DNA of 50,038 bases from contig DEST01000090.1 in assembly GCA_002361365.1 (NCBI GenBank), forward strand, positions 1 through 50,038. Direction: 5' to 3'. Within the stretch, counting starts at the first letter, position 1. Every line of letters starts with the position of its first letter. Of the stretch, positions 36,092-44,843 are shown piece by piece. Under the pieces are notes generated by a model. The model saw only the letters and a list, made by a program, of their open reading frames with translations, ran no database searches and was not told where the DNA came from. The translations under genes and the position numbers were made by a program. This DNA is from Alphaproteobacteria bacterium UBA3307 (lineage in GTDB: Bacteria > Pseudomonadota > Alphaproteobacteria > RF32 > CAG-239).

Positions 36092-37765
36092 ATGAATGAA
36101 GATTTAAAAGGTTTATATGCCGCAATCGTACTTTCTGCATTTGTGGTTTTGGGCATGAATTATTTTTTTCCGAAACCAACAAAGCAAACTACAACAACCG
36201 CAGAAGAAGTTGTAATTACTCCGGCGATTGATGCAAATAGTGTTGACGAAACTGCCGATAAGGCCGAAGAAAAATCACTTCTCACCGCAGAAATTTTGCC
36301 ACAAGACGCGCGTTTACCCATTAAAAATGCGGTTTTACAAGGTTCTGTACGCCTTAAAGGAGCGCGTTTAGATAACCTGTTGCTGACAAAATATCACGAA
36401 ACAATAGAACCGGAAAGTCAGAATGTTACTTTATTTGCTCCTTCTAAAACGGCGGAGGCATATTTTGCCGAATACGGTTGGCTCAGTACGGATAAATCAC
36501 TTAATTTACCAAACGCCGATACTTTATGGAAAGCGGAAGGTAATACCGAGTTGACGCCTCAGACACCGGTTACCCTTGTATGGGAAAACGGGCAAGGTTT
36601 GAAATTTGTAAATAAATTGACGCTTGATGAAAATTATTTGTTTGGACTTGAGCAAACGGTTGAAAATAATTCCGGCAGAGCTGTAACATTGTTGCCATAC
36701 GGTTTATTTTCTAAATCCATTGATGAAAGTTCAAAATCTCGCGGAGTGGTTCACGAAGGCTTTGTCGGAGTTCTTAATGGCAAACTCAAGGAAATTCGCT
36801 ATAGCGATATGAAAGAAAATCCGCAAGAGTTTACAACTACCGGTGGGTGGGTTTCTTTTGCCGACAAATATTGGTTCGGTTCGTTTGTGTTTGCAGATAA
36901 CGCAGATACAAGAGTCAATTTGCGCAAAGTCAAAAACGGAGTGTATCAACTCGATTATAAAGGCACACCATTACAATTGCAAACAGGTGAAAGCACAACC
37001 ATAAATACAAAACTTTATGCCGGTGCCAAAGAAATAAAACTACTGGATAAATATGCCGAAAATATTAAAAAGTTTGACCTTAACATCGATTTTGGCTGGT
37101 ATTATTTTCTGACTAAGCCGTTTTTCTATATTTTGGATTTTCTGTATGGTTTAATCGGAAATATGGGCTGGGCAATTCTGCTGTTTGCGGCAATTTTGCG
37201 ACTTTCTATGTTTCCACTGGCTCACAAATCATACGATAATATGTCAAAGATGAAGAAAGTACAGCCGAAAATTATGGCCTTGCAAGCAATGTATAAAGAT
37301 GATAAAATGGCGTTGCAACGTGCCACAATGGAGCTTTATAAGCGCGAAAAAGTTAATCCGGCTGCCGGTTGTTTGCCGATGTTTTTGCAAATTCCTATTT
37401 TCTTTTCGTTGTTTAAGGTGTTAAATATTGCCATAGAAATTCGTCATGCACCGTTTATCGGTTGGGTTAAAGACCTTTCCGCACCGGACCCGCTGACGAT
37501 TTCTACTTGGGCGCATATTTATATCCCTTCGGCAATAGATATCGGTGTATGGCCGCTGATTTATGGATTGACTATGTTTATTCAAAATCAGCTTAATCCT
37601 AAACCGGCCAACAAAGACCAAGCTCGGATGTTTGCGCTGATGCCGATTTTATTTACAATTATGTTTGCACATTTTGCTGTCGGATTAGTGATTTACTGGA
37701 TTTTAAACAACATTCTGTCGCTTATTCAGCAAAAAATCATAATGTATAAAAACGGAGTAAAATAA
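36092..37765 (+). CDS. yidC: Membrane protein insertase YidC
   Basis: N-terminal TM, a large periplasmic domain, then the conserved 60-kDa IMP core (GWAILLFAAILRLSMFPLAHKSY...AAGCLPMFLQIPIFFSLF). Confidence 0.93.
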   Translation: MNEDLKGLYAAIVLSAFVVLGMNYFFPKPTKQTTTTAEEVVITPAIDANSVDETADKAEEKSLLTAEILPQDARLPIKNAVLQGSVRLKGARLDNLLLTKYHETIEPESQNVTLFAPSKTAEAYFAEYGWLSTDKSLNLPNADTLWKAEGNTELTPQTPVTLVWENGQGLKFVNKLTLDENYLFGLEQTVENNSGRAVTLLPYGLFSKSIDESSKSRGVVHEGFVGVLNGKLKEIRYSDMKENPQEFTTTGGWVSFADKYWFGSFVFADNADTRVNLRKVKNGVYQLDYKGTPLQLQTGESTTINTKLYAGAKEIKLLDKYAENIKKFDLNIDFGWYYFLTKPFFYILDFLYGLIGNMGWAILLFAAILRLSMFPLAHKSYDNMSKMKKVQPKIMALQAMYKDDKMALQRATMELYKREKVNPAAGCLPMFLQIPIFFSLFKVLNIAIEIRHAPFIGWVKDLSAPDPLTISTWAHIYIPSAIDIGVWPLIYGLTMFIQNQLNPKPANKDQARMFALMPILFTIMFAHFAVGLVIYWILNNILSLIQQKIIMYKNGVK

Positions 37766-38415
37766 TGGCAGAAAAATTCAGCACAGAAGAAATTAAAATC
37801 GCTGAGAAGCAGTTTACGCGCCCGATAAATTTTATGCTGAGTGTAGCACATTTAGAACAATTGCCTGATGATAGATATCCTGAAATTGCGTTTGCCGGAC
37901 GTTCCAATGTGGGAAAATCCAGCCTTATAAATGCACTGTTTAATCAAAAAAAACTGGCAAAAACATCTTCCACTCCTGGACGTACGCAACAACTAAATTT
38001 TTTTAATTTTGATGACAAGCTGTTTTTGGTTGATATGCCGGGGTATGGATATGCCGAAGCACCGGAAAAACTCGTAAAACAATGGCAAGCCATTTTAAAA
38101 ACCTATTTGCGCGGACGACCGAATTTACGTCGGGTTTTTGTGCTGATTGATGCTCGACACGGTATAAAAAAAGAAGATTTAGAAATTATGAAATTGCTTG
38201 ATGAATCGGCAGTTTCGTACCAAATTATCCTAACCAAGATTGATAAGATTTCCGGTATGGAATTAAATAAAACAGTGACAAAAATTGCCGTAGAGATTGC
38301 CAAACACGCGGCTGCTTTACCGGATATGATTGTCACCAGTTCGGAACAAAAAATCGGGCTGGAATTACTTAAAGCTGAAATCTGTTCGTTTATGCAAATT
38401 ACTAAATGTTCTTAA
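37765..38415 (+). CDS. engB: Ribosome-biogenesis GTPase EngB/YihA
   Basis: G1 GRSNVGKSS, G3 DMPGYG, G4 TKIDK. The start overlaps the yidC stop by 1 nt. Confidence 0.92.
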   Translation: MAEKFSTEEIKIAEKQFTRPINFMLSVAHLEQLPDDRYPEIAFAGRSNVGKSSLINALFNQKKLAKTSSTPGRTQQLNFFNFDDKLFLVDMPGYGYAEAPEKLVKQWQAILKTYLRGRPNLRRVFVLIDARHGIKKEDLEIMKLLDESAVSYQIILTKIDKISGMELNKTVTKIAVEIAKHAAALPDMIVTSSEQKIGLELLKAEICSFMQITKCS

Positions 38416-39560
38416 ATAGAGCACTTTGTCGAAGCATTATTGTTTCCGCGGCTATCAAGCACAACATCTATTATGGCAAAAATAGAATAAATCTGACTGA
38501 CGACATCTCGTATTTTGTGATAACTTAGTGCAGGTGTAAACAATGAGGTGGTTTCAAACATATCTTTGCGAGTATGAATTGCAATCAGGAGTTTGTTGTC
38601 CCAGAAACTGAAATCAATATGTTTACCGTGAAACAAGCGTTTTATCTCCAGCATTTTTTCCATAAACAATGGCGTCAAAATATAGCGAGCCTCAACCTGA
38701 TTATCGGTTAGAACTTTCCATTTTTTTATAAATAGCAATCCCTCAAGCTTTACTTTTTGGGTTGCTTTTTTGGGGTTATAGCGGCGATAAACCAAATATA
38801 TTACACCGATAATAAACAGAGGAAATAATATCGGAACCCACGCAAACAGCAAACTAAAAGGCACTCCCGGTTCCGTAAAATAGTAATAATATATCAAAAA
38901 TGACGGACTTAACAAAAAAACTAAAACCATCATCAATAGCGGATTATTCCATAATAAATTAAGGTTTCTGCCACGATTTAAGGCGATTGTTTTACCTCGA
39001 TTTTTTTGAGGCAGTTCCAGCATTATCATTACTCCGCTAAAAATATTGGTTTCACCGCGATTGCCGTGAATTTTAAGATTCTGCTCCGATATTTTTATAT
39101 TGGTGCCGCGATATTCTCCCTTAAACGAATCGTCAACGTCAGAACGATTAAAATACGAAAATAATTCTGCCCGCTTGATGGTATCCGGTCCGATTATATC
39201 AGAGCCGCAATAAGTAAACTTACCCCAAAAAGATATAAGCTTTTTCATTACTTTGCACTTGGTCGTGTTACGGTATTGTAAAAACGGCATATACAACATA
39301 ATTACAAAAAATATTACAGCTACTGTAGAAATTAGGGAAAACCATTGTTCATATGTGTTATCCGCTGTAAGAATATTAAATTGAAACAACAGTAGCACAA
39401 TCAGAATCGTTGCAAACAGAGCAAATAATGTTTTGAATAATTGGCGCAAACAGGTGTGCCGTTCTTGTTCTAATTCTTGATATAATGATTGCAAACTTGT
39501 TTTATAAAAGTCGTAAAACTTTTGTTGTGTTGAGGCCAGTTCTACATTAACTTTTTTCAT
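38412..39560 (-). CDS. Multi-pass membrane protein, tentatively DUF3137-like; last gene of the VirB10/VirB11 operon
   Basis: 382 aa with two pairs of TM helices flanking soluble segments. My assignment of motif-level resemblance to DUF3137 (FSGVMIMLELP...; LLIAIHTRKDMFE) is from memory only. It begins 18 nt after the virB11 stop. No Walker motifs, so it is not VirD4. Confidence 0.5.
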   Translation of the reverse strand: MKKVNVELASTQQKFYDFYKTSLQSLYQELEQERHTCLRQLFKTLFALFATILIVLLLFQFNILTADNTYEQWFSLISTVAVIFFVIMLYMPFLQYRNTTKCKVMKKLISFWGKFTYCGSDIIGPDTIKRAELFSYFNRSDVDDSFKGEYRGTNIKISEQNLKIHGNRGETNIFSGVMIMLELPQKNRGKTIALNRGRNLNLLWNNPLLMMVLVFLLSPSFLIYYYYFTEPGVPFSLLFAWVPILFPLFIIGVIYLVYRRYNPKKATQKVKLEGLLFIKKWKVLTDNQVEARYILTPLFMEKMLEIKRLFHGKHIDFSFWDNKLLIAIHTRKDMFETTSLFTPALSYHKIRDVVSQIYSIFAIIDVVLDSRGNNNASTKCSI

Positions 39561-39578
39561 ACAAGCAGTCCTTTATAA

Positions 39579-40553
39579 TCACGTTACTTCCGTTATGGCG
39601 CGTTGGTTTCCCAAACGTTGAATCTGCACCACATGCAACTTGCGCCGCATCTCATCGAGTGTTTGCTCAACGTTTACAGCACCGTTGGTAGAAGCCATAA
39701 TACGTTTTATAAATTGCAGATAGGCCTCTTGCGAACTTTCCGCGTGAATGGTGGCAAAACAGTTGTCATGGCCGGAACCCATAAGCTGCCAAATACCGCT
39801 GGCGTTACTGGTTGAAATTTCGCCGCCGATAATTGCATCCGGCGTAAAACGTACGACCAAGTCGATGATGCCGGAGTAGCTAATGTCGTTGGTTTGATTG
39901 GTACGTGACATCACGAGGTGAACACGATTCGGATGCGGAACAATCAACTCTCGTGTATCTTCAACCGTAATAATTCGTTTATGAATATCCAAAATTTTCA
40001 GCAAATTATTTAAAAAAGTTGTTTTACCGGTTGATGTTGCGCCGGACACCAAAATGTGTTCACCTCGCTTTATATACAGAAGCAGACGTTCATAAGCATC
40101 ATCCGGAACCTTAATATCCTTAAGCGGATTCAGCTTTTGGAGCGCTTGCCCCTGTTTCATTCCGTAATCTTCGAGACCGAAAGCAACGTCATCGGAATGC
40201 AGACGAATTGCCAGAGCGATACCGCCTGTCAAATCTTCTTCATCATACATAACGTTTTTCCCGCAGATTGCGGAAAATCGATGGTCTCCCGGTATGGTGG
40301 CATACACAAACGGAGACCCCTGAATCGGATCAAACTCTAACTCATAGGTATTTGCAATTATGTAGAGTAAATCCGTCAGATATTCTTTAGAAAGTTTTTC
40401 GTCTTTATACATAACCCACGGATAAGCACGTTTACCACGCATTCGGAGCCAAATTTGGCCCGCACGATTGATGGCGACCTCTTCGAGGTTATCTTGATTA
40501 TACCAATAGGATAAAGGTCTTAATACTGATTCCAATACTGAAAAATCACTCAT
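39579..40553 (-). CDS. virB11: VirB11-type type IV secretion traffic ATPase
   Basis: Walker A GATSTGKTT, Asp box RIITVEDTRELIV, RFTPDAIIGGEIS (compare the RPDRIIvGEvR motif), and His box GHDNCFATIHAESSQEA. Start set at ATG 40553 with a GGAGGAAGG RBS, 10 nt after the stop of the upstream gene. Confidence 0.88.
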   Translation of the reverse strand: MSDFSVLESVLRPLSYWYNQDNLEEVAINRAGQIWLRMRGKRAYPWVMYKDEKLSKEYLTDLLYIIANTYELEFDPIQGSPFVYATIPGDHRFSAICGKNVMYDEEDLTGGIALAIRLHSDDVAFGLEDYGMKQGQALQKLNPLKDIKVPDDAYERLLLYIKRGEHILVSGATSTGKTTFLNNLLKILDIHKRIITVEDTRELIVPHPNRVHLVMSRTNQTNDISYSGIIDLVVRFTPDAIIGGEISTSNASGIWQLMGSGHDNCFATIHAESSQEAYLQFIKRIMASTNGAVNVEQTLDEMRRKLHVVQIQRLGNQRAITEVT

Positions 40554-40563
40554 CGCCTTCCTC

Positions 40564-43500
40564 CTATAACAACTCCGGCACATCACTCGATTCACCGCCG
40601 TCCATAGATGGTAACGGTTGGTCCGAGCTTGGAGCAACATAGCCTGCCGGATTTTGGTTTACATTACTTGTCGGCGCCGGTGTACGTGTCGGTACGGCAG
40701 CCGGATTACCTTGCGGAGCGCTCGCCGGTTGAACATTTTGATAATTACCGTTATAAGTAACACCTCCGCTGTCTGATGGGCTTCTGCTTTCTTCATCAGG
40801 ATCCAATAATCCGCCTTTTCCATCAAAATCTCTGCCACCGGAACCTGAACTGCTGATTCGTTTTGAGCGCTCACGGCTGTTGAGCCACAAATCTTCATTA
40901 GGATAGATAATAATGCGTGTACCGGCCGGAACATAAGTTACCGAGCGAATTTTTTCTTTATCTTCTATCATTTCCTTTAAAATTTCTTTCATTTGCTCAT
41001 TAAAATTCTTACGCCCGTCCGACATTGCCTGACTACGAGCATCGGCTGTGGTAGTACTGGTACCATCGCTACTTACTGAAGTTGTAGAGTTTCCTCCTGA
41101 AGCTAAAAGCCAGTTGGCAGCAGTTTGCAAGGTAGTTGTAACCAGCGGTAACGAATATTTTTTAAGCAATTGCTGGTCCAAATAACCGATAGCGCCGGCA
41201 CGACCTTGAGCATCGGCTGTTTGAGCATCACTAAAGCGCCATTGTGAACCATCCGGACGAATAAGTCTGGTCCAAGTGATACCGATTTTGGCAGCTCCGC
41301 CGTTATTGGCATTGACACCGCCGCCGGAATCGACTTCACCAATAACACGTGAACCTGCCGGAATTATCACGTTTCGACCTTCTTCGGCATAAACGTTGCG
41401 TTCCACAATAGCAGTAACCGGAATTTTCTGGCTCAGACTATCCGAAGCATAAACCGAGCGTGCCAAAACTGCCGGAATACCCTTATCTTGTAAAATCATC
41501 TCGCTCATATCTACACGCCATGAAGATATCTGATTAGGACTTGGTCCACCATCCCAACCATCTTTTTCGTATCCGGTAAAAGCGGCGACTTCCGCATCAT
41601 TATTACTAGGGTCTGCCGGTAGCTCTCCCATTCCGAGAGAATTACGCCTATTGTTTTGCGCCGCCATCAATGCCTGAGCTCGCAGTGGGTCATAGCGTTC
41701 ACCCTGACCATACCCGCCACCGGCTCCGACATTGGTCGGACGCTCGCCATGTCCATACGGATTACCCGTACCGTATGCATTTGGCGGAATAAACATTTCG
41801 CTTGCAGATGGTCGTCTTATTTCTTCAAAACCTATGAGATTATGGTTTACATCGACAACATTACCATCTTGGTCAACATAACCTTTTAAATCTCCATTAT
41901 CATCACGAACTGTACCATCATCATAAATATTTCCTATAATATCACCTTCCGGATTAAGAGCAATTCCGACAATTCTATTGCCAAGTTTTTGACGTTTAAC
42001 TTTAGTTTCACTAACCGTTGATGGTTGGGTAGTTTGAGTTTGAGGTTGAGATTGCTCCGTTTCAGCATCTGCAATCGTAGGACGTCGGCGTGGTTTATAT
42101 TCCGGTTCAGCTTCGGCAGTGGTTTTCGGCACATAAATATAATATTGATATGGGGTGGCCAAGGCAATTTCGTTGCCGTCAGCATTGCGAATAATTCCGG
42201 TTTCCGTTAAATATCCGATGTTTTGTCCCTCAAAATCTGTAACAGTACCGTCTAACTGCAACACGCCAACCGGATTTTGACTGACATCACGGACAATGTA
42301 ATCGCGGTTACCTCGTGCAATTACCTGTCCGCTACGGTCGGTTACAAAACCGCGGTCAAGTTGCCCCAATCTGCTACCGACAGGGCTCAGAACGGTGCCA
42401 TCTTTAGTCAGGTATCCGTATGTGGAAAAGTTTTCGTCATACACATAAAAATCATAAAGTGCGTAACCGATATTTTCTCCATTAGCCTGAACGCTACCAT
42501 CAAAATTAACCTCACCGACAGGTTTGCCGGCTTCGTTAATCACCATACCGCCGGCACTGACCATACCCAAAAACTTGTTGGCATCGGTGTACGCTACCTG
42601 ATAACGCATAACATTACCCAGCACTTTTTTAGATTTAGAAACAACGTTTCCATTCGGCTGCATATATCCGACAAGCTGGCTATCTGCTCCGAAAACTTGT
42701 CCGTTTGCCGCCACATTACCAATGATTTTATTTTCAAAATCAATTACCGGAGCCGGAATTATAACACCATATTGTTGAGCTTTTGTTTGGTTTAAAATCA
42801 GACCTTCACGGTTGACGCAACCCAATGATTTTCCTTCAAAATCCGTACCAAATCCGGCGTTTACCGTACCAACATAATTACCATTAAAATCTATCAGCCC
42901 GTTTCCTTGCACGGCATAACCGATATAATTACCGGCATCTGATATTGCTTGTCCGTTCGGTAAAAGACGACCGATTATTACATCTCGACTGTTTACAATA
43001 TCTCCTTTACCGTTAACAACACCGATTACTGAGCATTTTTCGTTAACAACCGGTGCAAATGTTATTAGTTTGCCGTTTATTGCGCGATTATTATCAATAA
43101 TATATTCGTTATACACTACCTTACCGTAAATATTGCCATTTAGCCCGATTACAGTGCCGGTCGAATCAGCATAACCAATTAAATCTCCGCCGATATTCAG
43201 TGCTATCATTTTATTGTCGGCAAAACCTTTTAGCGGGCTCATTGCAGCAGATGCTGCATCGTTTGTTTCTACCGCATATCCCGCCGGAACAATTTTATAT
43301 GCAATAGCGTTAGATTTATTCAAAATCAGGTTACTATTGGCAAATCTACCTAATGGATTGCCCTCAAAATCAAGTGCATACATCGGAGTAATCAAAGCTC
43401 CGGCATAACCTTTAGACTCAAGCAATATCCCTGATGGAGTCAGTTTTGCTCCGGTACCTTGACGATAAAGTTCGCCGTTAGGATTGATATACGAATAAAG

Positions 43501-44841
43501 CGTTCCTTCCAAACCATACGCGGCAGAAAGCGGATATCCGCCGCCAAAAACTTTACCATCCGCATTAAATAGATATCCAAACGGTGATATTTTACCACCA
43601 CCGGAGCCGGAAGCAACAGTTGCATCAATATTGTTCATTCCCAAAGGTTGCAATGTGTTATTTATGGCAATCATGCCGCTAGCTACACCGCCGATAAGAG
43701 TTCTGTTATCATCAAATGCATAACGACCTCTGGCATAACCGATTTCACCACCGCTTGTAGATATAATACGCCCATTAGGCAAACTTTGACCTTTAAGATG
43801 AGCCAAAGCATCATAAACCGGTCCGGTTTGTACCAAGGCACCGATTTTATTATTTTGTTCATCATAAACATAGCCTTTTGCACCGATATGGCCTATAATT
43901 TGTCCGCCACGTACAATATTGCCGCCGGGAACAATATAGCCTAAGTATCTGCCAAAATTATCATTCGCAGTAGCTGCTATATTAACGGCAAAACCGACCA
44001 CATCTCCATTGGCACGTACCAAACTGCCGTCTGCCCGATAGCGAGCTACAACACGTTCACCTTGTTTAACTTCGCCATTGTAACTGACAATTCCGATATA
44101 TTTACCTATTTGATCAAAAGCATAACCGGTGGCAATTACACTGCCTATAATCCTGTTTGCCGAATTATAAGCATAACCGTTAGCGTGAATTTTCCCGATT
44201 TCTTTACCTTCAAAATCGACTATTTTTCCACTTGGGGCAATACTGCCTAAAAAGCGCCCGTCTACAGAAACCACCATTTTAGAAGACATCAATCTGCCGT
44301 CTAAAATATACTCATCTCCGGAACGGCGATAAGCATACCCGTTAGCGGAAACAAAGCCGATACGTTGTCCTTCCAATTTGGTATATTCTCCGCCGCCGGT
44401 TAAACGTCCGAGTGCATCACCTTTAGGGGAGTATATCAGCCCCGGATACAAAATAGCACCGATAACTTCTGCAGAATCATCTATTACCAATCCATTTGGT
44501 AAGGCCTTGCCTAAAGTACGTCCGCTCAAGCTACGTACAAAACCGTCAGTATGAACTTTACCGAGTAAGCGGTTGTCCATTCCAATAGCAATACCTTGCG
44601 GCACTACCCCACCGATGACCGCGCCATCTTCATTTATAATCAAGCTGTCTGCTGTAATTGTGCCGATATTATTACCATCTGCGCTTATAACCATACCGGT
44701 TGAAATCACTTGACCGATGATATTGCCGGAAAAATCGATTGCGGTAATTTCTGCGGCCTGAGCCACAGCAACCAAAGATAATAAAATCGCCCAACAAAGC
44801 ACCCACACTTTTTTAATATATCGACTTATGCTGCATCTCAT
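40564..44841 (-). CDS. Giant (1425 aa) VirB10/TrbI-domain protein. Architecture: N-terminal anchor or signal sequence, about 870 aa of 17-residue repeats, a Pro/Gln-rich linker, a VirB10 beta-barrel domain, and a Pro/Ser-rich tail.
   Basis: C-terminal aa ~1105-1320 (nt 40882-41529) read IPAVLARSVYASD...VTAIVERNVYAEEGRNVIIPAGSRVIGEV...ITWTRLIRPDGSQWRF...DAQGRAGAIGYLDQQLL...VTYVPAGTRIIIYPNEDLWL, the classic VirB10/TrbI pattern. The N-terminus is MRCSISRYIKKVWVLCWAILLSLVAVAQA. There is a 2-nt gap to the upstream gene and a 10-nt gap to virB11. Confidence 0.88.
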   Translation of the reverse strand: MRCSISRYIKKVWVLCWAILLSLVAVAQAAEITAIDFSGNIIGQVISTGMVISADGNNIGTITADSLIINEDGAVIGGVVPQGIAIGMDNRLLGKVHTDGFVRSLSGRTLGKALPNGLVIDDSAEVIGAILYPGLIYSPKGDALGRLTGGGEYTKLEGQRIGFVSANGYAYRRSGDEYILDGRLMSSKMVVSVDGRFLGSIAPSGKIVDFEGKEIGKIHANGYAYNSANRIIGSVIATGYAFDQIGKYIGIVSYNGEVKQGERVVARYRADGSLVRANGDVVGFAVNIAATANDNFGRYLGYIVPGGNIVRGGQIIGHIGAKGYVYDEQNNKIGALVQTGPVYDALAHLKGQSLPNGRIISTSGGEIGYARGRYAFDDNRTLIGGVASGMIAINNTLQPLGMNNIDATVASGSGGGKISPFGYLFNADGKVFGGGYPLSAAYGLEGTLYSYINPNGELYRQGTGAKLTPSGILLESKGYAGALITPMYALDFEGNPLGRFANSNLILNKSNAIAYKIVPAGYAVETNDAASAAMSPLKGFADNKMIALNIGGDLIGYADSTGTVIGLNGNIYGKVVYNEYIIDNNRAINGKLITFAPVVNEKCSVIGVVNGKGDIVNSRDVIIGRLLPNGQAISDAGNYIGYAVQGNGLIDFNGNYVGTVNAGFGTDFEGKSLGCVNREGLILNQTKAQQYGVIIPAPVIDFENKIIGNVAANGQVFGADSQLVGYMQPNGNVVSKSKKVLGNVMRYQVAYTDANKFLGMVSAGGMVINEAGKPVGEVNFDGSVQANGENIGYALYDFYVYDENFSTYGYLTKDGTVLSPVGSRLGQLDRGFVTDRSGQVIARGNRDYIVRDVSQNPVGVLQLDGTVTDFEGQNIGYLTETGIIRNADGNEIALATPYQYYIYVPKTTAEAEPEYKPRRRPTIADAETEQSQPQTQTTQPSTVSETKVKRQKLGNRIVGIALNPEGDIIGNIYDDGTVRDDNGDLKGYVDQDGNVVDVNHNLIGFEEIRRPSASEMFIPPNAYGTGNPYGHGERPTNVGAGGGYGQGERYDPLRAQALMAAQNNRRNSLGMGELPADPSNNDAEVAAFTGYEKDGWDGGPSPNQISSWRVDMSEMILQDKGIPAVLARSVYASDSLSQKIPVTAIVERNVYAEEGRNVIIPAGSRVIGEVDSGGGVNANNGGAAKIGITWTRLIRPDGSQWRFSDAQTADAQGRAGAIGYLDQQLLKKYSLPLVTTTLQTAANWLLASGGNSTTSVSSDGTSTTTADARSQAMSDGRKNFNEQMKEILKEMIEDKEKIRSVTYVPAGTRIIIYPNEDLWLNSRERSKRISSSGSGGRDFDGKGGLLDPDEESRSPSDSGGVTYNGNYQNVQPASAPQGNPAAVPTRTPAPTSNVNQNPAGYVAPSSDQPLPSMDGGESSDVPELL
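42142..44751 (-). repeat. Coding tandem array of roughly 50 degenerate 17-residue units (x-G-x-x-[IL]-G-x-[VI]-x3-G-x-[VI]-x3) inside the VirB10-domain gene
   Basis: The first units have an exact 17-aa register: G39, G56, G73, N90, G107, A124 of the protein. The pattern persists with indels to about aa 900. Confidence 0.8.
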
Positions 44842-44843
44842 CT

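Noticed and set aside
39579-40553. An alternative reading of the ATPase as a PilT/CpaF-type pilus ATPase or a DotB.
   Set aside because: The size (~325 aa), the motif spacing and the immediate linkage to a VirB10/TrbI-domain gene all favour VirB11/TrbB. No pilus or Tad genes are nearby. Only a phylogeny can settle it.
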